Shown in pieces: positions 1 through 9,979 of a stretch of DNA of 35,690 bases. Source of the DNA: a virus. How positions within the stretch are numbered: the first letter of the stretch is position 1; each line of letters begins with the position of its first letter. A program made the translations under genes and the position numbers. A model generated the notes under the pieces. The model worked only from the letters and a program-made list of their open reading frames with translations, did not search any database and had not been told where the DNA came from. The stretch lies in IMG/VR virus record IMGVR_UViG_3300045988_012275, one strand, 5' to 3'.

Positions 1-50
1 TAGGACCAGGTATACCTTGGTCACCTTTAGGACCTTGTGGTCCTTGTTTA
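1..50. repeat. Terminal 50-nt duplication, identical to 35641-35690
   Basis: By direct comparison both ends read taggaccaggtataccttggtcacctttaggaccttgtggtccttgttta. The same sequence also occurs internally at 34219-34268. Confidence 0.95.
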
Positions 51-1528
51 CCATCTGAGACGTTTAAGAAAGTAACTTCTTCTGAAGCTACTTCTTTATT
101 ATCTACCAAAGCGGCCACTGTAAGCGTGGTAGGTTGAGTGATCTCTGACGCTACCATATCATAGGTCATACCTGAATATTTAATTGTTCCGTCAATAACA
201 AATCGATAAGTTGCATCAACAATTTTATCTCCTTGCTTCAAAACTGGTTTAACAGTAGAACGACCAATACCGTTCTTAAATACTGTACCGTTTGTAGTTC
301 TTATCTCTACACGATATGGCAATGACTTAGAAACAATCTCGTCGATACGTTGTTGTAATTCGCTAGACGGTTTATTATCCAACTTTCTGAAATTAGTAAA
401 AACTACCGAATTATTTTGAGGCATATCAAAGCTGATAATCATTTCAGAAACTCGAGCTTCAAGGGCTAAACCACCTCTAAAATTATTGTTAACAATTTTG
501 ATGGTATCACCCAGATTGATATCCTTGTAGTTTTTAATGAAACTAGATTGAACGCTGACAGTATAGGTCATTAGAGGATAAGCATACTGCTTGATTGTGC
601 GTAAGGCATAAGCTTTGAGGGAATCAACATCACTGTATTCTGTTTGAAAGTCCCTACGTGTCCATCTATCTATTTCGTTAGCACCGCCAAGTGCAGATGG
701 ATATTTATCTGCCGACAATGGTGCGTAGACCATTGGACTATCTTTAAAAGAATAAAACTCTACTTGTCCTAACTCATTCTTTTCCTCAAACACAACGCTT
801 CCTAGCGTTAGTCCGTCTTTTCCAACAAAATATCCAGCGTTAAATAGTTGAGTCTTATCGCTGGATACTTGAACACCATTCAATCCTGTTTGATAGTAAA
901 GGGTTACATCTCCTCGAACCTTACCAATACCGTGATGGTTTTCGTCAGGACGGTGGTAAATGTCAATGACAAATTTTTTCAAAGTACCATCTCGGTTTAA
1001 ATCGGTACGGAAAACAAACTCAGCATCGAATTGATTCATCAAGCTATGAAGCTGCTCTAATTTTGTGCCACTTTGAGATTCAAAAGTGATGGTTCTTGTC
1101 TTGTCAGAAACTTCATTGATACCAATTTCTAGCCCTGCAAATCCCAATAATTCAAGGTTTTGAAGATACCATTCCAGAGTTTTAGCACCGTCAACACTAG
1201 CTAACGGACGAGAGATTTCTGCTGCGAGTTCCAAGTTGGTATTATTACAAGTCACTTGAAAATTAAAATCATTTTCAATGAGTTGAGAGACATAGAAAAC
1301 GTGGTATGAATTATCGTAGTAAAATGACACGTACATTTGGTCGTTGATGTATTTGATATCCTCGTGTAACTTACCGTTTACGATTTTGGGAATTGTGAAA
1401 TCAAGTGTACTTGTTGAGTATTCAAGATAAGTGTGCCATTGACTATTTGAATAAGGTAACATTCCTGGAATGTTGTTATTTAACGCACACACTTTCCGCA
1501 TACTTTTATCGTGAATCCAAATTTGCAT
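1..1528 (-). CDS. Tail-associated lysin/antireceptor (Tal), N-terminal ~509 codons. The ORF runs off the left edge and resumes in frame at 35640 (circular junction).
   Basis: It is absent from the ORF track because it has no in-window stop. The ATG at 1528-1526 overlaps the TAA of the upstream gene (TAATG). My translation starts MQIWIHDKSMRKVCALNNNIPGMLPYSNSQWHTYLEY and ends ...VSDGKQGPQGPKGDQGIPGP at position 1. The slot directly after TMP and Dit is the canonical Tal position. Confidence 0.85.
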   Translation of the reverse strand, partial: MQIWIHDKSMRKVCALNNNIPGMLPYSNSQWHTYLEYSTSTLDFTIPKIVNGKLHEDIKYINDQMYVSFYYDNSYHVFYVSQLIENDFNFQVTCNNTNLELAAEISRPLASVDGAKTLEWYLQNLELLGFAGLEIGINEVSDKTRTITFESQSGTKLEQLHSLMNQFDAEFVFRTDLNRDGTLKKFVIDIYHRPDENHHGIGKVRGDVTLYYQTGLNGVQVSSDKTQLFNAGYFVGKDGLTLGSVVFEEKNELGQVEFYSFKDSPMVYAPLSADKYPSALGGANEIDRWTRRDFQTEYSDVDSLKAYALRTIKQYAYPLMTYTVSVQSSFIKNYKDINLGDTIKIVNNNFRGGLALEARVSEMIISFDMPQNNSVVFTNFRKLDNKPSSELQQRIDEIVSKSLPYRVEIRTTNGTVFKNGIGRSTVKPVLKQGDKIVDATYRFVIDGTIKYSGMTYDMVASEITQPTTLTVAALVDNKEVASEEVTFLNVSDGKQGPQGPKGDQGIPGP

Positions 1529-3093
1529 TAAACAAAACGCTCCTTCCAACTAATTTCAATCGTTGGGTCGTTTCTTATCCAACTATTTGTATAGATATCA
1601 ACTTCTGTTTCACCATTGCTAATGCTGAACGGCTCAGACAAGTATGTTAGCTCGTTAGATGCTGGCAAGTTATCTATATAAGTCTTTCCTTTAGACATAT
1701 CCACATCTAGGATAGAACCCATACTAAATCTATTAGGAATATCCTCAATAGAATTGACAAAATCTTTTCTATAGAACAGTTGGTCAAGATACATGTGAGT
1801 TACAAGTGGTTTTTGCTCGAGGCTAGCCAACATGACATTAATCTTCTTAGATTTGCGACCTTTTAAAGCTGGTACTTTAAATCTTGGATAAGTACCCCAC
1901 CAGTAAAAAGATATCTCGTCATCACTTCTTTTAATGTCAGACCATCCACGGGTTGCATTGAATGGATTATGTTCGTCCAAGTGTGTTCCGTAGAAGTGTT
2001 TGTTATCAAGAATTACATAGCCCCCATCTCCATCGGTTGCAAGAAAGTTATACTCGCATTCAATACCATTGACTGTTTTAAAAGTTTCTACACCGTAGAG
2101 GAAAGCGCCGTTTTCATCAGTGACTGATATTTTGATAAAACCGTATTGACTAGGAAGCCCTAACCAAAACACTTGCCTCCACCATAAAGTCTCATTAAGT
2201 GAACCCTTCTCACCATTAGAATCCGCTGGGATTTCCCATGTTATCGAGCTACCATTTTTTTGTCTAGGTCCGCTTCCTATTGAAGTTAAGGCAATGTTTG
2301 GGCGATCGAAGACATCAATCAATCCTAGTGTACCGTTGATATTTTCCGAATCGTCGTTAAAACGCCCAACATTTTTTTGACCTAGTGCAAATCCACGTTT
2401 GACGTCTTCAGGGTTTCGATAGTCTAATAGTAGTTCCGAACGCTTAACTGCTCGTGTGTCGTCTTCTTTAGGATTTCCAATCTCATAGCTTTCGGTAGCA
2501 CTCTTGACAATCCCAACCCAACCATTATCCGAATTAAATTTAATTTTAATATCTGGATAAGTTTCTGCTGAACCAAAATTCTTTAGCGTAGCTTTGTAGT
2601 GACCTGTAGATATTTTCTTAATACTTCCGTACTTGGTTTCACCATCGCTACTTACCAAGGCTTCGGCTTTGTTTTCACCGTAACTTTTCGGAACGTCAAA
2701 CGTAACTGTTATTGTAGCAGTGAGCGGTGAGGTGCTTTTGTCTACAGTTAAGGATACTTGACCAGATGGAATAGCTTCCCAAACTTTGTTAGGTTCGTCA
2801 CCAAAAATCAATTTTTTCGGTTTATCTACGTTTAGATAGCCACCCATAGTTTCAGCTACACTATTAAAGTAATCATAATTACCAACAAGAGTAAACGTTA
2901 CTTGAAGTTGTTTAACGGACAAGGTGTTATATAGGAATTGTTGACCGTAGCGTCTATGACCTTGTTCTTGATAGTTGTTATTAAAGTTAGAAGCCACGTT
3001 TCTCGTAACATCAACTGGAACGGCAAGACCTTGTTCATCATTAAATAATTCTGTTAGGTCTTTTCCGTCAAAAATGACTGACATTCCTATCAA
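1528..3093 (-). CDS. Distal tail protein (Dit), probably an evolved Dit carrying an inserted carbohydrate-binding module
   Basis: This 521-aa ORF lies between TMP and Tal. Its TTG start at 3093 overlaps the TMP TGA (TTGA), with AGGAGG 8 nt upstream; an alternative ATG lies at 3084. It is about twice the length of a classical ~250-aa Dit. Confidence 0.7.
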   Translation of the reverse strand: MIGMSVIFDGKDLTELFNDEQGLAVPVDVTRNVASNFNNNYQEQGHRRYGQQFLYNTLSVKQLQVTFTLVGNYDYFNSVAETMGGYLNVDKPKKLIFGDEPNKVWEAIPSGQVSLTVDKSTSPLTATITVTFDVPKSYGENKAEALVSSDGETKYGSIKKISTGHYKATLKNFGSAETYPDIKIKFNSDNGWVGIVKSATESYEIGNPKEDDTRAVKRSELLLDYRNPEDVKRGFALGQKNVGRFNDDSENINGTLGLIDVFDRPNIALTSIGSGPRQKNGSSITWEIPADSNGEKGSLNETLWWRQVFWLGLPSQYGFIKISVTDENGAFLYGVETFKTVNGIECEYNFLATDGDGGYVILDNKHFYGTHLDEHNPFNATRGWSDIKRSDDEISFYWWGTYPRFKVPALKGRKSKKINVMLASLEQKPLVTHMYLDQLFYRKDFVNSIEDIPNRFSMGSILDVDMSKGKTYIDNLPASNELTYLSEPFSISNGETEVDIYTNSWIRNDPTIEISWKERFV

Positions 3094-6000
3094 ATTATGC
3101 TACCTCCTAGCAGCGCTTGTCTGCGCTCGTATTCATTTGTTGCTTTTGCCATGAACGGAGCTAGTCCGTTTGACACGCTTCTGCCATCAATGATATTTTG
3201 GATCTCAATTGGCTTAGAGCCATTAGTTACCAATTGACTAAGCAAACCAATCATGACGTCTAGCTTACTTTCAAGCATAGAAACACGTTCACGTTCTGAA
3301 TTTCCATCATTGTTTCCTTGTGGTGCATCTCCAGCAAAGCGTGCTACTGCTTCGGAAAGTAATCGCCACGCTCTGCCACGCTTAGCAATATCTGTTGGAA
3401 TGACGTATTCTGGCATGTCGCCTTCAGCCAATTCATAAACACCGTTTTTGTGGACTAGACCACCGTTAGCGTATCCATAAGCTGCTACACGACTAAAGGC
3501 TGCATCTGACGTACCGTAGCGATGTTTGATGTAGTTGATGGCTGCAAGCAAGTTATCATATCCGTTTCGGATGTTATTGTGACCAGCATGTTTGTATGCT
3601 TCGAACGTTGGTCCGATGGTTTGCATCAAACCAATAGACGGGTGACCTCTCAGAGCGTTAATATCCCAATTATTTTGAGCGTTAGGATTACCGTTTGATT
3701 CACGTTTGATAGTAGCTAAGATTTTAGATACACGGAAATTGGTAGCTTCAATGCCGTTTGCTTCCAACGCTTTAACTACTGAATCCCTCCATCGAGCTAC
3801 ACCAGTACCTTGAGGACCATCTTCGCCGCCCCAAGATGGGCTGAGCAGTGGTCCAAGCGTTTTCTTAATCCAATCAAACATCCCACCAACTTGCCGCTTG
3901 ATTAAAGTCTGTCGTGGGTTGTTTTTATCCTTAAGCGGTTTTCCGTCATCACCGCTTCCACTGTCACGTACCCCAAAATCGAGGAATGTAGCAGCGTTCT
4001 TAACATGACGTCCAGCATATTGATGGTACTGACCAGTACCACCATAATTGTACTCTTCACCGTCATACGTATCGCCATGAACAGCTGTTACAAAGTCAAC
4101 GTGGTTACTTGAAATCGGTCCACCAGTATAGACCGCTACCGAGCCTGGTTTTGGTCTACTTAGGTGTGGCACTCTTGCATTTACCCACTGTCTACCATCA
4201 CCAAGGTGACTGAATAGACTAGAGTTAACACCAAGATTAGCCAAGCGACTAGCTACAAATGACACACATTCACGGAAATAGTAACCCCACGGGTCAGCAC
4301 CAGCATCTTTAGCTCTATCTTTGAAGCGGTAGTCATCACCTTTAGCACCCATTGCCACAGTCCCCTCATCCATTGAGGAGCTAGCCATAGACCAGAGTTC
4401 TTTCCACCATTCTTTTGCTTCGTCAACAGGTTTTTTGAAAAGTGCATTACCGAGCGGATTGAAAACGCCCGCCAACTTGTCAGCTTTAGGGCTAAATTTT
4501 TTGGTTAAAGTTCCAACTGGGTCTTTTACGGCGTCGCGGACAAAATCAATCATTTTTCTGAATTTGTCGACACCGTTCTTCATCCCATTCCAAACTGAGC
4601 CAGCTACATTGGTAGTTGTATCCCAGATTTTAGACCAAAAACCAGTTCCTTTTGCATAAGCCCCACGTTCAACGCCCATAAGCATAGCCAATTCGCTGGC
4701 GTTAAGCACTTCTGAACCAGCTGGTAACAACATTTGAGCATTTCTGCCTTGTGGTAAGAATGATTTACCATTTGGCAAAATAACCATTTCTTGGTTATTA
4801 GTCTCTGGGCTATCGTTACCATCGTTTAGTGTAGCAAGTGTTGGTCTAGTGATTGGGTTTCGGTATGAGCTGAATAGACCTGTACCATTCGCAAACTTAA
4901 CTTTAGGGATTTTACCGATTGCGTTCTTCGGACCACCGAAGTCGTGGATTAAGCCGTTGATGCCGTCGATACCATCGTTCGGAATTTTGATGACCGCATT
5001 AATACCATCGCCAGCTAGACGTTTCAAACCATCCCACATGTCACTGAAACCATTGCGAATGCCATTCCAAATTTCTTGGAATTTGCTTCCGATAGCGTCT
5101 AGATTACTGAAGAGTAAACCTTTTAAATCCTTGCCGAATTTCTTCTTAGTGTCAGCATTCATGTCATCCCAGCGGTCAGAAAGGAAGTCTTTCGACTTGT
5201 TCCAAGTTTTAGACCATCTGTCATGGATTTCATCGTGTTTCTCTCTAATAGTCTTAGCTAGCTTCTCTGTACTTTCTTTAGCATTGTCTTTAATGCCGTC
5301 CCAAGTTTTCGAAACTTTTTCTTTGGTCTTATCCCAATGTTTATCCCAGTCTTTTTTTATCTCTTTAGTTTTTTTAGAAATGCCGTCTTTAAGGTCGCCG
5401 ACAAAGCCAACAATGCCTTTAACGAATTTGCGGAATTTTGCACTTTCTTTGTACATTAAGGCAAAGCCTAAGACAACTGGATTAGCAAAGATTAGGATTT
5501 TACCGATAGTTGTCATGACGTTCTTAATAGTCTTTCCGACATTTATAAAGAAATCGCCGACTTTCTTAGCGCCGTTTTTGACACTTTTGACAACATTGTC
5601 TATTCCATCTGAAATTGACTTCTTGAAGCTCTTCCAGCCTTTAGACATACCGTCAAATTTATCTTTGAGCCACTTGATAGCTCCACCGATGCCGTCTTTC
5701 ACAACTTTAGCTATGCCGTCACAGAAATCACGGAACTTCTTATTGTGTTTATACAACATCACGAAGCCAGCAACTAAAGCGGTAATACCTGCAATCGCCA
5801 AAACAAATGGATTGGTAGCAAAAACGCCAACTTTGGAAAGTGCATTCATAGCCATTTGACTTTCACGGACTTTATCAATTCCACTTTTTAATTTTAAAAT
5901 TCCGCCAACCACTGCACCGACACCACTAGCTACTTTAGAGGCAGCAAAGTAAGCCACGAACAGTTTACCGACTGTTTTAATAGCCTCTTTATGCTTAGCG

Positions 6001-7898
6001 ATTTCACCTAAAGCGCCCGAAACACCCTTGATGGGTTCTTTTGATTTCTTGCTGTTGCCAGTTAATGTTTTGAATGCTCCAGCAATGCCTTCGACAATGC
6101 CTTTAGTAGCTTCCCAGACACCTTCGCCAAAAGCTTTGCCAATTTCGACAATATAACCTAAGCCTTTCTTTAGTTCTACAAAGAAGCTAGCGATTTTAGG
6201 TGCGTTTTTGGCAACGGTATTACTAAGATTATCGACGGTCTTGTTAAGGCCATCCATGAAGCCGTTCAGCTTATCAGTACCATTCCCAAGATTAAAGACT
6301 TTAGAAAAGGAATCCATGATAGTGCTTAAACCTTTGGAAACGTGATTCCCTAGCTCTTTAAACTTGATTTCAGTATTAGGGTCAGCTACCCAGTTCCCAA
6401 TTTGTTGTAAGAACGGGTTTTTCATTTTGTCGATAGGGTCACGGAAGGCGGCTACTACGGCAGGCATACGGGACTGAAGTGTTCTTTCAAGGCCTCCGAT
6501 AGTCGTTGAGAAGTTAGTAGTCGCATTCTTGTACTTGTCTTGCAACTCAAACAAGGCTTTCTGTGCCATCTCTGCGGTGATTTTGCCATCGCTTTGCAGT
6601 TTGGCATATTGCTCTTGCGTCATGTTTGCAATGCCCAGTTCTTGCGACGCTACTTCTCTAAGTTGGTTCTTCATTTCCGGAAAGACATTGATGATCGACA
6701 TCATGTCTTGCCCTTGAACCTTGCCGTTAGCAATCATTTGCGCCCACTGTGTGGCAAAGTTTTCAACCGCTGCATCTGTTTGACCAAAAGCGTCTTGCAA
6801 GGTCAAAATAGCTTGAGTTTGCTGTTTAGTTAAGTCTACGTTATGGGTGACGGCATAGAATTTTTGGTTCATGCCATCGACCATCTCGGCTGAGTTAGCC
6901 GCTGCCTGCGCCATTTGGTTGGTCATGTCGACCATCTTCTTACCCTCTTCGGCATTACCCGTTAAGGTCAACCAGGTGGCATTCATGGTTTGTTGATATT
7001 TAACATACTCAGCGCTAGACTGTGCTATCTCGTCAAACTTGCCCTTGATAGAACCCAATGCATTTTGAAACCCAGCACTGATCAAGTTGGCAGCAAACGT
7101 AGCACCGAAAACCCCTTTTAATCGTGAGGTTTTCTTTTCGGTTTCATCGACTTCATTTCCTAAACGATGGAAGCTATTCTTCAAACGACCAATAAGCGTG
7201 CTAGACTGTTGACTTTGTTTTATCTCATTGTTCAGTTTATCAGCGGCATTTTTGGCATGAGCCATGCTTATCGCTGTTTCATCTAAGCGTTTTTTCTGAA
7301 TGAGGTATTCTTCAGAGGTCTTGCTAGTCTGTTTAGCGATACGCTCAAGCATTTCTTTTTGCTTCTCGTACTGCTTACTTAAGTTAATAATTGAGCTATT
7401 GTATTGCTTAAGTTGTTCTTGTCTCGCTTTATCCTCTTTGCCTTCGGCTTGTAAACGCTTGACATACGTTTCAGACGATTCATTTTGTAGCTTATAGGCC
7501 TTCTGTAATTCAGCAAGTCCAGATTTTTGATAATCAAGACTTTCCTTGGCTTTTTTCTGTTGGCTTTCCAACGATGCCAAGCGTGTAGTAGCTTGGTCAA
7601 TCTGTTGCTGGTACTTAAGGAATTGTTCAGCAGTTTCAGCGGTAGTCCCTTTTAATTGAGACTGTTCTTGTTTCAGTTTCTCAATCTTTTGCTGTTGGTT
7701 CTGGATGGTGTTACTCAAGCCTTCGTATTTTGCTTGAGCTGCACCTAAATAATCACCAGAGCTGCGCATTTGGCTTTCTTGAGCCTTCCAAGCGTTAGTA
7801 GAGCTATTAACTAACTGAGTTAGTCGCTTAATTGAGTTAGCAGCCTGAAGCGTGTCTAAAGCTATTTCAGTAGACATGGTAGCTTGTACTTTTGCCAT
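3090..7898 (-). CDS. Tape measure protein with C-terminal CHAP-like and lytic-transglycosylase-like domains
   Basis: The ORF is 1602 aa. It has an N-terminal Q/K/E-rich coiled coil and hydrophobic segments such as VFATNPFVLAIAGITALVAGFVMLY. W/F-periodic repeats are present (KDWDKHWDKTKEKVSKTWDGIKD...RWSKTWNKSKDFLSDRWDD). CHAP-like motifs (YFRECVSFVASRL ... SNHVDFV) fall at about nt 4030-4330. An SLT-like motif (TIKRESNGNPNAQN...PSIGLMQ) falls at about nt 3480-3760. Confidence 0.9.
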   Translation of the reverse strand: MAKVQATMSTEIALDTLQAANSIKRLTQLVNSSTNAWKAQESQMRSSGDYLGAAQAKYEGLSNTIQNQQQKIEKLKQEQSQLKGTTAETAEQFLKYQQQIDQATTRLASLESQQKKAKESLDYQKSGLAELQKAYKLQNESSETYVKRLQAEGKEDKARQEQLKQYNSSIINLSKQYEKQKEMLERIAKQTSKTSEEYLIQKKRLDETAISMAHAKNAADKLNNEIKQSQQSSTLIGRLKNSFHRLGNEVDETEKKTSRLKGVFGATFAANLISAGFQNALGSIKGKFDEIAQSSAEYVKYQQTMNATWLTLTGNAEEGKKMVDMTNQMAQAAANSAEMVDGMNQKFYAVTHNVDLTKQQTQAILTLQDAFGQTDAAVENFATQWAQMIANGKVQGQDMMSIINVFPEMKNQLREVASQELGIANMTQEQYAKLQSDGKITAEMAQKALFELQDKYKNATTNFSTTIGGLERTLQSRMPAVVAAFRDPIDKMKNPFLQQIGNWVADPNTEIKFKELGNHVSKGLSTIMDSFSKVFNLGNGTDKLNGFMDGLNKTVDNLSNTVAKNAPKIASFFVELKKGLGYIVEIGKAFGEGVWEATKGIVEGIAGAFKTLTGNSKKSKEPIKGVSGALGEIAKHKEAIKTVGKLFVAYFAASKVASGVGAVVGGILKLKSGIDKVRESQMAMNALSKVGVFATNPFVLAIAGITALVAGFVMLYKHNKKFRDFCDGIAKVVKDGIGGAIKWLKDKFDGMSKGWKSFKKSISDGIDNVVKSVKNGAKKVGDFFINVGKTIKNVMTTIGKILIFANPVVLGFALMYKESAKFRKFVKGIVGFVGDLKDGISKKTKEIKKDWDKHWDKTKEKVSKTWDGIKDNAKESTEKLAKTIREKHDEIHDRWSKTWNKSKDFLSDRWDDMNADTKKKFGKDLKGLLFSNLDAIGSKFQEIWNGIRNGFSDMWDGLKRLAGDGINAVIKIPNDGIDGINGLIHDFGGPKNAIGKIPKVKFANGTGLFSSYRNPITRPTLATLNDGNDSPETNNQEMVILPNGKSFLPQGRNAQMLLPAGSEVLNASELAMLMGVERGAYAKGTGFWSKIWDTTTNVAGSVWNGMKNGVDKFRKMIDFVRDAVKDPVGTLTKKFSPKADKLAGVFNPLGNALFKKPVDEAKEWWKELWSMASSSMDEGTVAMGAKGDDYRFKDRAKDAGADPWGYYFRECVSFVASRLANLGVNSSLFSHLGDGRQWVNARVPHLSRPKPGSVAVYTGGPISSNHVDFVTAVHGDTYDGEEYNYGGTGQYHQYAGRHVKNAATFLDFGVRDSGSGDDGKPLKDKNNPRQTLIKRQVGGMFDWIKKTLGPLLSPSWGGEDGPQGTGVARWRDSVVKALEANGIEATNFRVSKILATIKRESNGNPNAQNNWDINALRGHPSIGLMQTIGPTFEAYKHAGHNNIRNGYDNLLAAINYIKHRYGTSDAAFSRVAAYGYANGGLVHKNGVYELAEGDMPEYVIPTDIAKRGRAWRLLSEAVARFAGDAPQGNNDGNSERERVSMLESKLDVMIGLLSQLVTNGSKPIEIQNIIDGRSVSNGLAPFMAKATNEYERRQALLGGSII

Positions 7899-7926
7899 GT
7901 ATTAATTTCCTCCTTTCCTTAAATAT

Positions 7927-8130
7927 TTAGAGTAAAGATGTTGGGTCTACCATCCTATCTTCTTCCTCTTTTGCGTTCAAGATATTCATCAACTCATAAT
8001 AATCAGTGTCGTAATACTGTTCCAACGTCCACCCAAAACCTTGAATCGATCTCTTGGCAATAAGTTTTAAATCTTCGATACTATTCTCTAGCTCGTAAAT
8101 CTGCTCACCTTTTGATTTTAGTCTTTTGGG
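7927..8130 (-). CDS. Tail assembly chaperone T-extension, reached by a -1 frameshift from the 117-aa G ORF (GT fusion)
   Basis: The -1 frame is open from 8130 to the TAA at 7929-7927 (67 codons). My translation is PKRLKSKGEQIYELENSIEDLKLIAKRSIQGFGWTLEQYYDTDYYELMNILNAKEEEDRMVDPTSLL. There is no start codon or RBS of its own. It occupies the canonical position between the chaperone and TMP. Confidence 0.7.
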   Translation of the reverse strand, partial: PKRLKSKGEQIYELENSIEDLKLIAKRSIQGFGWTLEQYYDTDYYELMNILNAKEEEDRMVDPTSLL

Positions 8131-8471
8131 TCAGTTTCACCAGTTGCATTTTCGAGTTGTTCGTCTGTCAATCCGTACATATAGCCCACTAATTTCTCAG
8201 CAATCTCTTGTGTACGCTCATTATCTAAATCAAGTAGCTTATCATAAGCATCATCATCCAATTTTAGGATTGCGCGGATAAAGCTAAGCATTTCTTTTAA
8301 GATTGTGAAGCTACCCTCTGCTTGCTCTTTAGTGTCGCTTTCTGCCAAATTATCACTGATTTTAAGCACGGCTAGTTGGTACTCGTGCATACGAAGGACG
8401 TTACGGTTGCTAGTAAATACTTCAAATGCTTTCTTACTGATTTCTGGGATTTTAATAGTTCTGATTTCCAT
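8118..8471 (-). CDS. Tail assembly chaperone (gpG-like)
   Basis: This is an acidic 117-aa ORF between the major tail protein and TMP. It is followed by an overlapping -1 frame extension. Confidence 0.75.
   Translation of the reverse strand: MEIRTIKIPEISKKAFEVFTSNRNVLRMHEYQLAVLKISDNLAESDTKEQAEGSFTILKEMLSFIRAILKLDDDAYDKLLDLDNERTQEIAEKLVGYMYGLTDEQLENATGETDPKD
8124..8130 (-). promoter_or_regulatory. Candidate -1 programmed frameshift heptamer C_CCA_AAA
   Basis: The minus strand reads gaC CCA AAA gac taa. This is an X_XXY_YYZ pattern in the zero frame, 2 codons before the G stop codon. Confidence 0.6.
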
Positions 8472-8543
8472 TGTGTCTTTACTCCTTTAAAAAAAATAGA
8501 GGTCAGGCCACTAGCCCGACCTCTTTGCGAATTATAATATGTC

Positions 8544-9155
8544 TTAAACTGCTGTAGAAGTAACTAGTGTATAGCCACCAAACACTTCTTTATACATGTT
8601 TGCTTTATCAAATGAAGGTGCACCAGTGAAATATTTCTTGATTGGTTCACCTTTGAATGCATTCGCAGACAAAGCGCTGAATGTCATGTTATCAGTTTGA
8701 CGTGTTTGGGCTGTGTCGGTATCTGTTCCGATGTTTTGAGTTGATTCTTGCATGATTCCGTTAGCAAATCCAAAGAATACCGAGTTTTTGCGATCAAACG
8801 TTTCAGATTCAATCAATACTGCTACGTGTGGTTTATCGTTATCTTTTGTGTATCCGCCCTTGCCGTCGGGTTTGTAACCGAGTAGTTTTTGTTTAATTTC
8901 AAACTCAAGGTTATTGAAGTCAAATGCGACGGTTGGTGAACCTGGTGCGATCATAACATCTTGCACTTCGTTGTTTCCTGGTACTTTAGTCGCTTGGCCC
9001 TCCAAGCTCGAAATGTTAGCGGTACGTGTACCGAGCATGCTTGAATCAACTTCGATTACGCCGTCTGTTGAAAGGCCATCAGCCCCTTTGAGTAGTTTTT
9101 GTGTTTTTGGGTCAACCAAAGCAAGGCGGACCATTTTCAAACCTACAATTGCCAT
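8544..9155 (-). CDS. Major tail protein (phi13-like family)
   Basis: The 203-aa ORF lies directly upstream of the chaperone pair. A GC-rich hairpin plus T-run follows its stop at about 8495-8525. Size and position match siphovirus major tail proteins. Confidence 0.8.
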   Translation of the reverse strand: MAIVGLKMVRLALVDPKTQKLLKGADGLSTDGVIEVDSSMLGTRTANISSLEGQATKVPGNNEVQDVMIAPGSPTVAFDFNNLEFEIKQKLLGYKPDGKGGYTKDNDKPHVAVLIESETFDRKNSVFFGFANGIMQESTQNIGTDTDTAQTRQTDNMTFSALSANAFKGEPIKKYFTGAPSFDKANMYKEVFGGYTLVTSTAV

Positions 9156-9174
9156 ATAGTAATTTCTCCTTTTG

Positions 9175-9546
9175 TTAAATTAATTTATCGAAAGCAACAA
9201 AAAAGACCGCTGTTAACTGTAAAGTATCAGGGTCTATACTGTGTTCTCTTATATCTGTTATTGAGTAGTGTTCAGATTTTAGAAATTTTATCAATTTCAT
9301 CTCGAAAGCTTCAATATCAAAATCAATATCGAGTTTATAAAAAATCTGTACTTCTACTCTATCTATTTTTCTGAAAAAGGTGTTATTCCCACTCAAATCA
9401 AGTGATGGGTTGCTTTCGGTGAGCAACACGATTGTCTTATCGGTGTTTTCTTCGAGTTCTTTAGGTAAGTTGTTTGCATATACTTCGCTTATTTCACCAA
9501 ATCCTTTACCCTCAATTAACTCTTTTAATTTTACGGTTGCTAACAC
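9175..9546 (-). CDS. Tail terminator / head-tail joining protein
   Basis: The 123-aa ORF lies immediately upstream of the major tail protein. The call rests on position only. Confidence 0.5.
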   Translation of the reverse strand: MLATVKLKELIEGKGFGEISEVYANNLPKELEENTDKTIVLLTESNPSLDLSGNNTFFRKIDRVEVQIFYKLDIDFDIEAFEMKLIKFLKSEHYSITDIREHSIDPDTLQLTAVFFVAFDKLI

Positions 9547-9550
9547 TTAA

Positions 9551-9973
9551 TCACTCCCCTCCCTTCTTGCGGATAAGTTTCTCATATTCCTCTTTTTCTG
9601 CCAATAGCACCTTAGTTTGGACAGCGCTATCGTTTTGTACATTAGTGACGAAATGATCAGCACGGTATTTTTTAGTGCCGTCATTTAATCGTCTGGCATT
9701 TTGGGCGTGGTACCTATTCACCCACCCCACAGTTGACACGCCATTTTTTCTGCCGTCAGCGTTCGTGGATTGGACAGCTAAGCCGTCAGCCATGTGACCA
9801 TACTTCAAATTTTTCTTATTTGAATAGTGTTTCTGACGAGTAACTTCTGCCAACTCTTCTTTAAACACCTTAGCACCAGCGGTTGTAATCTTTGCTTGTT
9901 CAGCTGGTGTTAAATCACCAATGCTTGATACTGTTTTAAGCCATTCATCTAGCGCTTCGTCAAGTCCTACCAT
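9551..9973 (-). CDS. HK97 gp10-like tail completion/neck protein
   Basis: The 140-aa ORF has a basic, gp10-like composition (KHYSNKKNLKYGHMADGL...GWVNRYHAQNARRLNDGTK). It sits in the neck slot. Confidence 0.6.
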   Translation of the reverse strand: MVGLDEALDEWLKTVSSIGDLTPAEQAKITTAGAKVFKEELAEVTRQKHYSNKKNLKYGHMADGLAVQSTNADGRKNGVSTVGWVNRYHAQNARRLNDGTKKYRADHFVTNVQNDSAVQTKVLLAEKEEYEKLIRKKGGE

Positions 9974-9979
9974 AAGCCA

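Noticed and set aside
4849-5859. A 336-aa plus-strand ORF, along with all other plus-strand ORFs in the track (for example 17490-17873, 20018-20377, 11061-11441)
   Set aside because: They lie antisense to long, well-supported minus-strand genes or inside the structured intergenic region. Their composition is low-complexity and rich in L, S, F and P, as expected when K/E-rich genes are read backwards. They have no RBS and no module logic.
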